From NCBI GenBank assembly GCA_025450075.1, contig JANWIC010000007.1, positions 39,289-103,288 of the forward strand: a stretch of DNA of 64,000 nt, read 5' to 3'. A program made the translations under genes and the position numbers. Below are positions 27,811 through 39,007 of the stretch, piece after piece. Within the stretch, counting starts at the first letter, position 1, and each line of letters opens with the position of its first letter. The notes below the pieces were generated by a model. The model had not been told where the DNA came from, did no database searches, and saw only the letters and a program-made list of their open reading frames with translations. This DNA comes from Patescibacteria group bacterium (lineage in GTDB: Bacteria > Patescibacteriota > Dojkabacteria > JAKAPS01).

Positions 27811-30800
27811 ATGGCCAATCCAAATACAGTATCCGATAAAGCAAAGAAAAAGTCAAAGGTAGGAGTGAAGCAAGCAGAGGGACATACATTACGAGTGGAT
27901 ATATCAAAATCCCATCTCGACATGCCGATACCAAATCTAGTAGAGGCGCAACTTCGATCATACAATGAATTTTTAGATAAAACTTTGATTGAAGTATTCA
28001 AAGAAATTTCACCTGTAGATGATAATACAGGAAAATTGTGGACTCTTGAGTTCATGAATGCAAGACTTGGAGATACTAATAGGATGCCTGTTGAAGCAAT
28101 GAGCAAAGGTTTATCATATGATGCTCCATTATTTTTCACTGCACGACTTATTAACAAGCATACCGGTGAAATTAAGGAACAAGAATTGTTCATTTGCGAT
28201 CTCCCTCTTATGACAAACAGAGGGACTTTCATTATTAATGGAAATGAAAGAGCAGTTGTTCATCAGATCATCCGATCAGAAGGTGTACTTTTTATTGAAT
28301 CAGGAGAAAAAAGTGAAGCGGGTCCTTTGTATCTTGCCAAACTTATCCCTGAACGGGGAGCTTGGTTTAACTTTGAATTGAACAAGCATGATGTTATATC
28401 TATCAAACTTGCTCCAAAACGCCCAAAAATTCCTATTACTGAACTCCTTCGGGTTCTGGGTTATTCTACAAACCAGGAAATATTGTCACTCTTTAGTGAT
28501 GTTGACAGAAACCCTGACCGAAAGTTCATTGAATCAACTCTGTTAAAAGATCCGACTACAACAAAAGAAGAAGCTGTAATGGATATTTACAAAAAGCTTC
28601 GACCTGATGTAGCAACAACATATGATAATGCAAAAGCATTCATAGATAATATCTTTTTTAATGAAAGAAGAGTATATCTTGGAAAAACTGGACGATATCA
28701 ACTGAACAGAAAATTAGGAATTGACACTCCAGTTAGCTCAGAAAACTTTGTTTTGTATCCAAGTGATATTGTAGCTGTCATTAAGAGATTAATTGAAGTA
28801 AACAACGGAGACAAGCTTCCGGATGATATGGACAGTATGGAGAACCGAAGAGTAAAAAGCGTCGGAGAACTCGTAGCTGACTTTATCCGGGTTGGTGTCA
28901 GAAGAGTCGAAAAAAATATTAAAGACAGAATGAGTATCCATGCATCAGATGAGCTTTTAGTTCCTGCAACACTAGTTAGTACAAGACCTATTGCTGCGGC
29001 ATTAAATGAGTTTTTTGGTTCATCTGAAGTATCTAGATATATGGACCAGGAAAATGTCTTATCAGAACTTGGAAACAAGAGAAGACTGACATCAGGCGGT
29101 CCTGGTGGACTTACAAAAGAACGTGCAACGTTCTCAGTTCGAGATACCCATTATTCACAATACGGCAGGCTTTGCCCTATTGAGACTCCTGAAGGAGCAA
29201 ACATTGGTATTGTTAACCATCTTGCAGTTTATGCAAGAATTAATGAATATGGATTTTTAGAGACCCCTTACCGAAAAGTAATTACCTCATTCAACTTCCA
29301 AGAATTAAAGAAAGATCATAGCACAGATGAAATTGTTGCTATGATGCAAAACAGGATAAGCAGAGAAGATGTGGAGCATGATGGAAAAACCGTTATCTCT
29401 GCAGGAGAATATGTAAAATCAAAAGCACAAGCACAAGAAATTATGAAAGCTGTAGAAGCCTTCAACATCAAGCCATATGTAACAGATGATATTACCTACC
29501 TGAATGCAGGTGAGGAATATAATGTGAATATTACTTCAGCTAGTGTTGAGCGAGATGAATATGCAAACGTTGTCGCTGATCTCGTTCCTATCCGTTATAG
29601 AGGATCATTCAATATTGGATCAACTGAACATTTGCGATATATTGATGCAGCATCTATCCAAATTGCTGGAACAGGATTTGCATTAGTGCCATTTGCAGCA
29701 TCTGATGAGTCACAACGAACTCTTATGGCTGCAAACATGCAACGACAAGCAATTCCATTGATAAATCCTGAATCACCAATTGTAGGAACAGGATTTGAAG
29801 AAGTTGTAGCAAGAAATTCAGGAAGAGCAGTTTATGCTCCTGAAGATTGTCTCGTTGAATACGCAGATGCACAACGGGTTGTTATCAAATTAAAAGATGC
29901 AAAAGGAAAGAATACAAAACAGGAATTCAAGTTAGAGAAATTTGTTGGAACTAACCAGAATACTTCATTCTCACAAAAAGTACTTGTTAAGACCAACCAG
30001 GAAATCAAAAAAGGAGAAATTCTCATTGACGGACCTTGTATGGACAACGGTGAACTTGCTTTGGGAAAGAATATTACTGTTGCATATATGCTCTGGGAAG
30101 GATTCAACTACGAAGACGGAATTGTCATATCAGAAAGATTAGTTAAGGATGATATCCTTACCTCAATCCATGTAACTGAATACTCTCAAGAAATCAGAGA
30201 GACCCGTCTTGGAGATGAACTATTAACGTATGATATCCCTGGTGTAAGTGAACATGCACTTCGAAACCTTGACCAGAACGGAATTGTCCGAATCGGAGCT
30301 GAGGTAAAAGCAGGAGATGTTCTTGCAGGTATTATTGCACCAAAAGGAGAAACAGAATTAACTGCAGAAGAAAGACTTCTTCGTGCCATATTCGGAGAAT
30401 ATGCACGTGATGTCCGAGACAACTCACTCAAAGTTCCAAACGGAGAAGTAGGTATCGTTACAAACGTACAAGTCCTTTCAAAAGAAGCTGGTGATAAGTT
30501 ATCACCTGGCGTATTAAAAGTAGTAAAAGTATGGGTTGCAAAAACTCGAAAGATTACTATTGGAGATAAGCTTGCAGGACGACATGGAGATAAAGGAGTC
30601 ATTTCAAAGATATTACCGGTAGAAGATATGCCATATATGGCAGATGGAACTCCTGTTGATATCATCCTTTCCCCATTAGGCTTGACTAAACGTATGAACA
30701 TGGGACAGCTTCTTGAAACGCATCTTGGATTACGGGCACAAAAGCTTGGAGTAAAATTTGGTGTACCGATCTTTTCAAAGGTTGATACTGACAGATTAGA

Positions 30801-31395
30801 CAAGATGCTTAATGATGCAGGAATAGAAGTAAATAATAAAGTAACATTATATGACGGACGAACGGGAAAGCCATTTGCTGATAAGATTACGGTAGGACCT
30901 CGATATATTTTGAAGTTGAACCATTTGGCAGATGAAAAGATCCATGCTCGTGCAACTGGTGCTTACACTATGGTTACACAACAGCCACTCGGTGGAAAAG
31001 CGCAATTCGGAGGACAGAGGTTTGGAGAAATGGAAGTATGGGCATTGGAAGCTTATGGAGCAGGTGCAGTATTGCAAGAAATGCTAACAATCAAATCTGA
31101 TGATGTGATTGGCCGAGCAGAAGCATACAAAGCGATTATCCATGGGAAACCGGTACCAGTACCAGGTATTCCTGAAGGTTTTAAAGTGTTAATGAGTGAA
31201 CTTCGTGCTCTGGGATTAAACCTTGAAACAATCGAAGCAATCAGTAAACCGCAAACGAATGTAGAAATTGAAATGACGGAAGATACGAATGTGACCCCGG
31301 ATGAAGGAGTCATTGATGAAAACCTTGAACCTGTTAATGATATTCGTGTTGATGTAGCAACCGGCTCGGTTGAAGAACTTGAACGGTTAGCATAA
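27811..31395 (+). CDS. rpoB: RNA polymerase beta subunit
   Basis: GTFIINGNER, CPIETPEG, GDKLAGRHGDKG and GGQRFGEME. Confidence 0.99.
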   Translation: MANPNTVSDKAKKKSKVGVKQAEGHTLRVDISKSHLDMPIPNLVEAQLRSYNEFLDKTLIEVFKEISPVDDNTGKLWTLEFMNARLGDTNRMPVEAMSKGLSYDAPLFFTARLINKHTGEIKEQELFICDLPLMTNRGTFIINGNERAVVHQIIRSEGVLFIESGEKSEAGPLYLAKLIPERGAWFNFELNKHDVISIKLAPKRPKIPITELLRVLGYSTNQEILSLFSDVDRNPDRKFIESTLLKDPTTTKEEAVMDIYKKLRPDVATTYDNAKAFIDNIFFNERRVYLGKTGRYQLNRKLGIDTPVSSENFVLYPSDIVAVIKRLIEVNNGDKLPDDMDSMENRRVKSVGELVADFIRVGVRRVEKNIKDRMSIHASDELLVPATLVSTRPIAAALNEFFGSSEVSRYMDQENVLSELGNKRRLTSGGPGGLTKERATFSVRDTHYSQYGRLCPIETPEGANIGIVNHLAVYARINEYGFLETPYRKVITSFNFQELKKDHSTDEIVAMMQNRISREDVEHDGKTVISAGEYVKSKAQAQEIMKAVEAFNIKPYVTDDITYLNAGEEYNVNITSASVERDEYANVVADLVPIRYRGSFNIGSTEHLRYIDAASIQIAGTGFALVPFAASDESQRTLMAANMQRQAIPLINPESPIVGTGFEEVVARNSGRAVYAPEDCLVEYADAQRVVIKLKDAKGKNTKQEFKLEKFVGTNQNTSFSQKVLVKTNQEIKKGEILIDGPCMDNGELALGKNITVAYMLWEGFNYEDGIVISERLVKDDILTSIHVTEYSQEIRETRLGDELLTYDIPGVSEHALRNLDQNGIVRIGAEVKAGDVLAGIIAPKGETELTAEERLLRAIFGEYARDVRDNSLKVPNGEVGIVTNVQVLSKEAGDKLSPGVLKVVKVWVAKTRKITIGDKLAGRHGDKGVISKILPVEDMPYMADGTPVDIILSPLGLTKRMNMGQLLETHLGLRAQKLGVKFGVPIFSKVDTDRLDKMLNDAGIEVNNKVTLYDGRTGKPFADKITVGPRYILKLNHLADEKIHARATGAYTMVTQQPLGGKAQFGGQRFGEMEVWALEAYGAGAVLQEMLTIKSDDVIGRAEAYKAIIHGKPVPVPGIPEGFKVLMSELRALGLNLETIEAISKPQTNVEIEMTEDTNVTPDEGVIDENLEPVNDIRVDVATGSVEELERLA

Positions 31396-31415
31396 TATAT
31401 TATATACCTACACCA

Positions 31416-34400
31416 ATGATTAAAGATTTTAAAGCACTTAAAATAACACTAGCATCTCCACAGCAAGTGCAAAGCTGGAGCCATGGTGAAGTGAAGAAAG
31501 CTGAAACAATAAACTACAGGACACAACGAGCAGAAGTTGACGGTCTAATGTGCGAAAGAATTTTCGGACCAACTAAAAACTTTGAATGTTACTGTGGAAA
31601 GTATAAGAAGGTACGATATAAGGGGATTATCTGTGACAAATGTGGAGTAGAAGTCACACAAAAAAGTGTCAGACGAGAACGAATGGGACATATTAAATTA
31701 GTCTCACCTGTTGTCCATGTCTGGTATTCCCACGGTGTACCAAACAAGCTCTCACTTCTTCTTGATATTATGCAAAAGAAGTTGACTGCTGTTATCTATT
31801 TCTCACGTTACATGGTAATTGATGTAATCGAAGAAGAGAAAAAAGCAGCAATCGCTCAAATTAATGATAAGTTGGAACTTGCAAAGAAAGAAAACAGCGA
31901 TGAATTAGAACTTCATATAGCCGAAATCAATAAAGAAAAAGATGAGGCAGTAGAAAAGACAAGAAGAGAATCAGATGAAAGTGGTGAAGTTCTCGATATG
32001 ACTATAGATAAAGTAGAAGTAAAATTCAGACAAAGGATTGCAAAACTTCGAGAAGAATATCTTGTAAAAGAAAATGAAATCGAAGCTGAATACAAGACAC
32101 TACTTGGTTTAGTTGATAAAATTGTAATCGGAGAAATCGTCTCAGAAGATGAATATTACCGATTGCTGGATAATGACTTGGAATTCTTTGAATTATCAAT
32201 GGGTGCTGAGGCAATTAAGACATTGTTACAAAAGCTTGATCTGGAAAAACTATCGGAAGAGCTGAAAAAAGATGTTCTTAGCCCATCAGTTCAAAAGAGA
32301 ATCAAAGCAATCCAACGACTCCGCATTATTGAAGGATTCAAGAACAACAAGATAGACCCATCATGGATCGTCATAGATATTGTTCCTGTTATCTCACCTG
32401 AACTACGTCCAATCATCCAACTTATGGGAGGCAGATTTGCTTCATCAGACTTGAATGACTTATACCGAAGAGTGATAAACAGAAACAACCGTTTGAAAAG
32501 ACTTATGGAACTTGGAGCACCTGAAATTATCCTTCGAAACGAAAAGAGAATGTTGCAAGAAGCAGTGGATGCTTTAATTGACAATAACCACAGACCAAGC
32601 GCACCTGTTATGAACACAAGAAAGATGCCATTGAAATCACTTTCTGATAACCTTCGAGGAAAACAGGGGCGATTCAGACAGAATCTGCTTGGAAAACGTG
32701 TTGACTACTCAGGTCGTGCCGTTATTGTTTCCGGAGCAGACCTTAGCCTTACAGAAGCAGGTCTTCCAAAGACAATGGCACTTGAGCTGTTCAGACCGTT
32801 TGTCATGAAAGAAATTTTAGAACGAGAATATGCGCCAAATATTAAGAGTGCAAAGTATTTCTTTGAAAAAGCAAGCAAGGAAGTATGGGATATCTTAGAA
32901 GAAGTAATCCAAAAAAGACCTATCCTATTAAACCGTGCACCTACTCTTCACAAACAGGGTATACAGGCATTTTATCCGGTACTTTCATCAGGAAATGCAA
33001 TCAGAATTAATCCTCTCGTATGTGCAGGATTTAATGCTGACTTCGATGGTGACCAGATGGCTGTCCATGTACCGTTATCTGAAGAAGCAGTAGAAGAGGC
33101 AAAAACACTTATGATGGCAAAGAATAACTTGCTATTGGATGCTGACGGCGGAGCTATCATGAACCCGAAATATGATATGGTTTATGGTTGTTACTTCTTA
33201 ACAGGAGTAGATACACATCTAGAAGCATCAAAGAGTGTATTTGCATCAGCAGATGATGCAGTTACAGCATTCCATAATGATGCATTAGCACTTCGACAGC
33301 TTACTAAGATCAGAGTTAACGGCAAAATTTTGGAGACAACGGTTGGAAGAATCATCTTCAATGAAATCCTTCCAAAAGACTTTAATTTTGTTAACTATCA
33401 GGTAGGCAGCGATGAAATTAAAAAGATTGTAGAAGAATTAATTGCAAAAGAAGGAATGGAAAGTTCTGTTGCTCTTCTTGATAGCATCAAAAATATCGGT
33501 TTTAAGTATGCAACGCTTTCAGGCTTCTCTATATCAATGGATGATTGTAAGATCATACCTGAGAGAGATGACATTATTAACGAAGCTGACCAAAAAGTTG
33601 CAGGACTTGAAGATAACTACCAGATGGGACTTATAACCAAAGGTGAAAAGAGCCGATTGGCACTTGTTATCTGGAAAGAAACTACAGACAGGATTGCACA
33701 ATTGACATGGGATAACTTAGGAGAAGAAAACCCGATCAGACAAGTAATCAAAGCAAAAGCTATGAAAGCAAATATTGACCAGGTGAAGCAGATTGCAGGT
33801 ATGCGAGGATTATTACTTGATCCAAATAACAAGACAATCGAACTTCCAGTCAGGTCTAACTTTGCACTAGGACTTTCTGAAATGGAATACTTTGTAGGTT
33901 CACGATCAACAAGAAAAGTGTTGGCTGATACTGCACTTCGAACTGCTGAATCAGGTTACCTGACTCGAAAACTTGTTGATGTTGCACAAGGTGTTATCGT
34001 CAGAGAAGAAGATTGTGGAACAATTGAAGGAATTGAAATGCTCAAGAATGATGACAGAAGAATTCCTTTTGTTGAGAGGATTGAAGGACGATGGAGTGCA
34101 CAGGAAGTGAAAGATGGAAAGAAAATACTAGTTGGTGCAAGCGAATTTATTACAAAAGAAATAGCAGAAAAAATCAATGAAACAGGTATCGAGTCAATTG
34201 TACTCCGCTCCCCGCTTACATGTCGTGCAAAGTTTGGTATTTGTGTTAAGTGTTACGGAAATGATCTTTCAACAAAAGAACCGGTACGAATTGGTACTGC
34301 TGTTGGAGTCATCGCAGCACAATCTCTTGGAGAATCAACCACACAGCTTACTTTGAACACAAAGCATAAAGCAGGTATTGCAGGCGTAGTGGATGTAACG

Positions 34401-35267
34401 CAAGGTTTGCCTAGAGCTGAAGAATTGTTTGAAGCTCGAATTCCAAAAGGAGAAGCAAAGATTGCAGACATTGACGGAATAGTACATATCATTGAAGTTG
34501 AAGAAAAGTTAAAAGTAAGAATTACCAGTAACAAGAAGACTACTTATGAAGTGATTTCCCTTGTAGGAGGAAGTGTAAATGTAAAGAATGACCAGAAAGT
34601 GAAAGCTGGAGATCTTCTCTATGTTTCACCAGAAAAATCAAATGTCGTTTCTCCATTCAGAGGAACTGTGAAAATTGAAGGGGATAAGATTCTTGTTGAA
34701 AGCGACAAGGTTCAGGAAGTGGAATACACTATCCCTGCAGATGCAGAACTTCTCGTAAATGAAGGAGATGAAATAAAGGCAGGCTTTTTGATCACAAAAG
34801 GAAATATCGATCCAAGAATTCTTCTTGAAACAATCGGTATGGTGAAAGCGCAAAAGTATATTATTGATAACATTCAACAAACTTATGGTGCACAGGGAAT
34901 TGCAATTAACGACAAGCATGTTGAAGTAATTGTTTCTCAGATGGGACGATATGTCAGGGTTACAAACCCAGGAGATAGTTCACTCCTTCCTGGAGAATAC
35001 AAAGACAAGTTTGAAGTTGAGACAATGAATGAAGTATTGCAAAAAGGTGGAAAGAAGAATATTGCGGTGAAACCACAACTTATTGGTATAACTGCAGCAT
35101 CCCTCAGGACTGAAAGTTTCTTGTCAGCAGCTTCATTCCAGGAACAGGTTAGAGTTTTGTCTGATGCCGCTATCATCGGAAAGGTCGACTACTTGCGAGG
35201 ATTAAAAGAAAATGTTATTATTGGGCGTCGAATACCTAGCGGATCACGAGTTCGTTTGGAAGAGTAA
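31416..35267 (+). CDS. rpoC: RNA polymerase beta' subunit
   Basis: N-terminal Zn finger, NADFDGD and GLKENVIIG. Coiled-coil insertion near aa 140-235. Confidence 0.99.
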   Translation: MIKDFKALKITLASPQQVQSWSHGEVKKAETINYRTQRAEVDGLMCERIFGPTKNFECYCGKYKKVRYKGIICDKCGVEVTQKSVRRERMGHIKLVSPVVHVWYSHGVPNKLSLLLDIMQKKLTAVIYFSRYMVIDVIEEEKKAAIAQINDKLELAKKENSDELELHIAEINKEKDEAVEKTRRESDESGEVLDMTIDKVEVKFRQRIAKLREEYLVKENEIEAEYKTLLGLVDKIVIGEIVSEDEYYRLLDNDLEFFELSMGAEAIKTLLQKLDLEKLSEELKKDVLSPSVQKRIKAIQRLRIIEGFKNNKIDPSWIVIDIVPVISPELRPIIQLMGGRFASSDLNDLYRRVINRNNRLKRLMELGAPEIILRNEKRMLQEAVDALIDNNHRPSAPVMNTRKMPLKSLSDNLRGKQGRFRQNLLGKRVDYSGRAVIVSGADLSLTEAGLPKTMALELFRPFVMKEILEREYAPNIKSAKYFFEKASKEVWDILEEVIQKRPILLNRAPTLHKQGIQAFYPVLSSGNAIRINPLVCAGFNADFDGDQMAVHVPLSEEAVEEAKTLMMAKNNLLLDADGGAIMNPKYDMVYGCYFLTGVDTHLEASKSVFASADDAVTAFHNDALALRQLTKIRVNGKILETTVGRIIFNEILPKDFNFVNYQVGSDEIKKIVEELIAKEGMESSVALLDSIKNIGFKYATLSGFSISMDDCKIIPERDDIINEADQKVAGLEDNYQMGLITKGEKSRLALVIWKETTDRIAQLTWDNLGEENPIRQVIKAKAMKANIDQVKQIAGMRGLLLDPNNKTIELPVRSNFALGLSEMEYFVGSRSTRKVLADTALRTAESGYLTRKLVDVAQGVIVREEDCGTIEGIEMLKNDDRRIPFVERIEGRWSAQEVKDGKKILVGASEFITKEIAEKINETGIESIVLRSPLTCRAKFGICVKCYGNDLSTKEPVRIGTAVGVIAAQSLGESTTQLTLNTKHKAGIAGVVDVTQGLPRAEELFEARIPKGEAKIADIDGIVHIIEVEEKLKVRITSNKKTTYEVISLVGGSVNVKNDQKVKAGDLLYVSPEKSNVVSPFRGTVKIEGDKILVESDKVQEVEYTIPADAELLVNEGDEIKAGFLITKGNIDPRILLETIGMVKAQKYIIDNIQQTYGAQGIAINDKHVEVIVSQMGRYVRVTNPGDSSLLPGEYKDKFEVETMNEVLQKGGKKNIAVKPQLIGITAASLRTESFLSAASFQEQVRVLSDAAIIGKVDYLRGLKENVIIGRRIPSGSRVRLEE

Positions 35268-35294
35268 TTATATTTTATTTACGGACAAATTATT

Positions 35295-35717
35295 ATGGCG
35301 AGAATATCACAATTGGTAAGAAAACCAAGAAAGGTAAAAGAAAAGAAGGTAAAATACAAAGCAATGACGAAGTCATTTAATAGCGTGAAGAATCGTTACG
35401 TTGACGTAAATAGTCCTCTTAAAAGAGGAGTATGTACCGTTGTTCGTACAATGACTCCTAGAAAACCAAACTCTGCACTTCGAAAGATTGCAAGGGTAAG
35501 GCTATCAAACAGAATGGAAGTCAACGCATATATTCCAGGAATCGGCCATGATCTGCAGGAACACTCTGTTGTTCTTATCAGAGCAGGTAAAGTAGCAGAT
35601 TTGCCATTGGTGAAGTACCATATTGTCCGAGGTAAATATGATGCAAAAGGCGTCACAAACAGAAAACAAGGCCGATCTTTGTACGGAACAAAGAAGCCAA
35701 AAGAAGAATCTAAATAA
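35295..35717 (+). CDS. rpsL: 30S ribosomal protein S12
   Basis: [11 protein letters not shown] and synteny. Confidence 0.98.
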   Translation: MARISQLVRKPRKVKEKKVKYKAMTKSFNSVKNRYVDVNSPLKRGVCTVVRTMTPRKPNSALRKIARVRLSNRMEVNAYIPGIGHDLQEHSVVLIRAGKVADLPLVKYHIVRGKYDAKGVTNRKQGRSLYGTKKPKEESK

Positions 35718-35729
35718 TCCATATAAGAC

Positions 35730-36194
35730 ATGAGAGGAAAACAAGCAACAAAAAGAAAATTAGAACCTGATATGATATATCAAAGCGTTCTCGTAACCAG
35801 ATTCATTAATAAACTGATGATGAGCGGAAAGAAAAGTACAGCACGTGCTATCTTTTATAACGCAATGGATGTTATTAAGGAAGATAAGAAGCTCGATCCG
35901 ATGAAAGTATTTGAAACAGCACTAAGAAATGCAATGCCGCAAATGGAAGTGCGATCTCGACGAATCGGAGGAGCAAATTACCAGGTTCCAATCCCGGTAG
36001 ATGGCGGAAGACAGGAATCACTTGGTATTAAATGGATTATTGAGGCATCTCGTACAAAGAAAGGCCAGCAAATGTATAAAAAATTAGCTAGCGAACTTAT
36101 GGATGCAGCTAACAATACTGGAAATGCAGTAAGAAGAAAAGAAGATGTTCACAAAATGGCAGATGCTAACAAAGCTTTCAGTCATTTTAGATAA
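35730..36194 (+). CDS. rpsG: 30S ribosomal protein S7
   Basis: RRIGGANYQVP and HKMADANKAF. Confidence 0.98.
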   Translation: MRGKQATKRKLEPDMIYQSVLVTRFINKLMMSGKKSTARAIFYNAMDVIKEDKKLDPMKVFETALRNAMPQMEVRSRRIGGANYQVPIPVDGGRQESLGIKWIIEASRTKKGQQMYKKLASELMDAANNTGNAVRRKEDVHKMADANKAFSHFR

Positions 36195-36216
36195 TATTTC
36201 ATAACCCCATAATACG

Positions 36217-38304
36217 ATGGCCCAGAAAATTTCATTAGACAAGATACGTAATATCGGTATCATTGCCCATATCGATGCCGGTAAAACAACCACAACAGAA
36301 AGAATCCTTTACTACACAGGAAAAATATATAAGATTGGTGAAGTGCATGAAGGTGCAGCAACTATGGACTGGATGGAACAAGAGAGAGAACGTGGAATTA
36401 CGATCACTTCTGCTGCAACAACAGCATTCTGGAATCTTGGAAATATTCAGTTTAGGGTAAATATTATTGATACACCGGGTCATGTAGACTTCACAGCTGA
36501 AGTTGAAAGATCTCTTCGTGTGCTAGATGGTGGTGTTGTTGTCTTCGATGGAAAAATGGGTGTTGAACCTCAGTCTGAAACTGTCTGGCGCCAGGCTGAT
36601 AAATATAACGTACCAAGAATCTGTTTTATCAATAAACTTGATGCAATTGGCGGTGACTTCTATATGTCATACGAATCAATTAAATCTCGACTTGGAGTGA
36701 ATGCTGTGCCAATTCAAATTCCTATCGGTATTGAAAATAATTTCAAAGGAATCATTGATTTGATTGCTATGAAAGCATATATGTATACAAATGATCTGGG
36801 GACTGATATTCAGGAAGTTGATATTCCGGAAGATTATAAAGAAAGAGCAAAAGAATACAGGACATATATGCTTGAAAAAGTTGCAGAAACATCTGATGAA
36901 CTCTTAGAAAAGTTTTTTGCTGGAGAATCATTTACTGAAGATGAAATCATAACTGGCCTTCGAAAAGGAACTTTGGACCAAACTATCTTTCCTGTTCTTG
37001 GAGGAGCTTCAAAAGCAAACAAAGGAGTACAACTTCTTTTGGATGCTGTTGTCAGATTCCTTCCATCTCCACTTGATATTGGTGCGGTTCATGGAACCGA
37101 TCCAAAAACAAGTGAAGAAATAACTCGAGACCCTGATGATAAAGAGCCATTTACTGCGCTTGCTTTTAAGATTGCTGTTGATGAACATGTTGGAAAACTT
37201 ACCTTTTTTAGAGTATATGCAGGAACTGTAAAAGAAGGTTCATATATACTAAACTCTACTACAGGTGAAAAAGAACGGGTTAGCAGAATAGTCATGATGC
37301 ATGCAAACCATCGTGAACAGGTTGCAGAAGTAACTGCAGGTGAAATTGCTGCTATGGTAGGATTAAAAGGCACTTCTACAGGAAATACACTTTGTGATGA
37401 GAATTCCCCGATTCTTCTTGAATCAATCAGCTTTCCAGAACCTGTTGTATCCGTTGCTGTCGAACCAAAAACCAAACAGGATCAGGAAAAAATGTCTACA
37501 GCTATTCATAAATTAGCGGAAGAAGATCCGACTTTCCGGGTAACTTCAGACCAGGAAACAGGTGAAACAATTATTTCAGGAATGGGAGAATTGCATCTTG
37601 ATATTATCGTTGATCGAATGAAACGTGAATACCACGTCGATGCAAATGTCGGAAAACCTCAGGTGGCATATAGGGAAACAATTACACAGGTAACACAGGT
37701 AGAAGGAAAATATATTAAACAAAGTGGAGGTCATGGACAATATGGCCACTGTTGGTTACGACTTGAGCCTCAAGAAAGAGGAAAAGGATATGAATTTGTA
37801 GATGAAGTAAAAGGAGGAGCGATTCCAAAAGAATTTATCCCTGCTATTAACAAAGGTATTGAACAATCGCTCCAAAATGGAGTACTTGGAGGTTATCCTG
37901 TTGTAGATGTAAAGGTTGCAGTATATGATGGATCTTATCATGACGTTGACTCTTCTGAACTTGCTTTTAAAGTAGCAGGATCTATGGCTTTCCGAGAAGG
38001 AATGAAAAAAGCGGATCCAGTACTTTTAGAACCAATCATGTATATTGAAGTTGTTACCCCTGCAGAATTCATGGGTGATATTACCGGTGCTTTGTCAGCA
38101 AAACGAGGTATTATACTTGGTATGGATGATCGGGGCAATGCAAAAGTAATTCGAGCAGAAGTCCCGCTTGAGAATATGTTCGGGTTTACCAATGAACTCC
38201 GATCCATGTCATCAGGACGTGCGTCCAACTCAATGGAATTCTCACATTACCAGCCTGTTCCTAAGAATGTAGCTGATGAGATATTAGGAAAACAGGAGAA
38301 GTAA
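36217..38304 (+). CDS. fusA: elongation factor G
   Basis: [22 protein letters not shown] and GMGELHL. Confidence 0.99.
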   Translation: MAQKISLDKIRNIGIIAHIDAGKTTTTERILYYTGKIYKIGEVHEGAATMDWMEQERERGITITSAATTAFWNLGNIQFRVNIIDTPGHVDFTAEVERSLRVLDGGVVVFDGKMGVEPQSETVWRQADKYNVPRICFINKLDAIGGDFYMSYESIKSRLGVNAVPIQIPIGIENNFKGIIDLIAMKAYMYTNDLGTDIQEVDIPEDYKERAKEYRTYMLEKVAETSDELLEKFFAGESFTEDEIITGLRKGTLDQTIFPVLGGASKANKGVQLLLDAVVRFLPSPLDIGAVHGTDPKTSEEITRDPDDKEPFTALAFKIAVDEHVGKLTFFRVYAGTVKEGSYILNSTTGEKERVSRIVMMHANHREQVAEVTAGEIAAMVGLKGTSTGNTLCDENSPILLESISFPEPVVSVAVEPKTKQDQEKMSTAIHKLAEEDPTFRVTSDQETGETIISGMGELHLDIIVDRMKREYHVDANVGKPQVAYRETITQVTQVEGKYIKQSGGHGQYGHCWLRLEPQERGKGYEFVDEVKGGAIPKEFIPAINKGIEQSLQNGVLGGYPVVDVKVAVYDGSYHDVDSSELAFKVAGSMAFREGMKKADPVLLEPIMYIEVVTPAEFMGDITGALSAKRGIILGMDDRGNAKVIRAEVPLENMFGFTNELRSMSSGRASNSMEFSHYQPVPKNVADEILGKQEK

Positions 38305-38305
38305 T

Positions 38306-38782
38306 ATGGGTCAAGAACGTGAAAGTTCTGCCCCAGATGATGTCTTACCTCCTATAACCTCACCGGATGAAGTTATATTAAACTTATACCTTTACTTCGG
38401 GTTTGAAGATGTTTACCCATTCTCATATATAAAGTCACGAATTGCAAATTATCGACCATATTTTGATTCTTGGAAAATGGCAATCCTTGAGAAAGATTCC
38501 AATGCTTCCGAAATTGATATTGATTATACAATAGCCCTTAAATGTTGCTTAATGTTAAGTGATATCTTTAAGGTAGAAGTAATGAGATGTCCTGATTATG
38601 AAAGAACTAAGAACGAACTATGGGTAATAAGCGATCCAAAAGATACCTTGGGTTTAGGACAATTTCATCTACTTACCTTTAAATTTTGGGGACAATTAGG
38701 AATAGTCCATCTAATGCAAGATAATAGAAATGATCTCGATGATGAAGTGATTATAGTTTTAGACAGAGACTCATTGAACTAA
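38306..38782 (+). CDS. hypothetical protein inserted between fusA and tuf
   Basis: 158-aa ATG ORF starting 1 bp after the fusA stop. Confidence 0.7.
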   Translation: MGQERESSAPDDVLPPITSPDEVILNLYLYFGFEDVYPFSYIKSRIANYRPYFDSWKMAILEKDSNASEIDIDYTIALKCCLMLSDIFKVEVMRCPDYERTKNELWVISDPKDTLGLGQFHLLTFKFWGQLGIVHLMQDNRNDLDDEVIIVLDRDSLN

Positions 38783-38884
38783 TTTTTTATATGCCTAGTA
38801 ATGGCTAATCTATAGTTCTTTTAGGCGATCCTAATAATTGTAAGAAAGATTACGGACTCAACGATATATATACCCTCAAAACCC

Positions 38885-38968
38885 TTTACAAATGTTTTTA
38901 TCTATGGTATAAATACCACGGTATTGTGAATGAAAAAATTTCACAATGTTTTGAGTGTGTGCTATAAT
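38885..38968 (+). promoter_or_regulatory. tandem sigma70 promoters of tuf with an intervening inverted repeat
   Basis: P1 TTTACA-17-TATAAA (38885-38913), P2 TTCACA-17-TATAAT (38940-38968), and ATTGTGAA-N9-TTCACAAT at 38923-38947. Confidence 0.7.
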
Positions 38969-39007
38969 GAACCCGCTCAGTCAAATTTTATATTACTTAC
39001 TACACAA

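Noticed and set aside
31830-32130. Insertion in RpoC considered as a possible intein
   Set aside because: It is a charged coiled coil without intein splice motifs (C/S start, HN end), consistent with a lineage-specific beta' insertion.
38930-39007. N-terminal extensions in the ORF track for tuf (and similarly rplF, cyoD, the RRM gene, pilN and the cytochrome b)
   Set aside because: They run through promoter or upstream-gene sequence; homology begins at the downstream starts used above.
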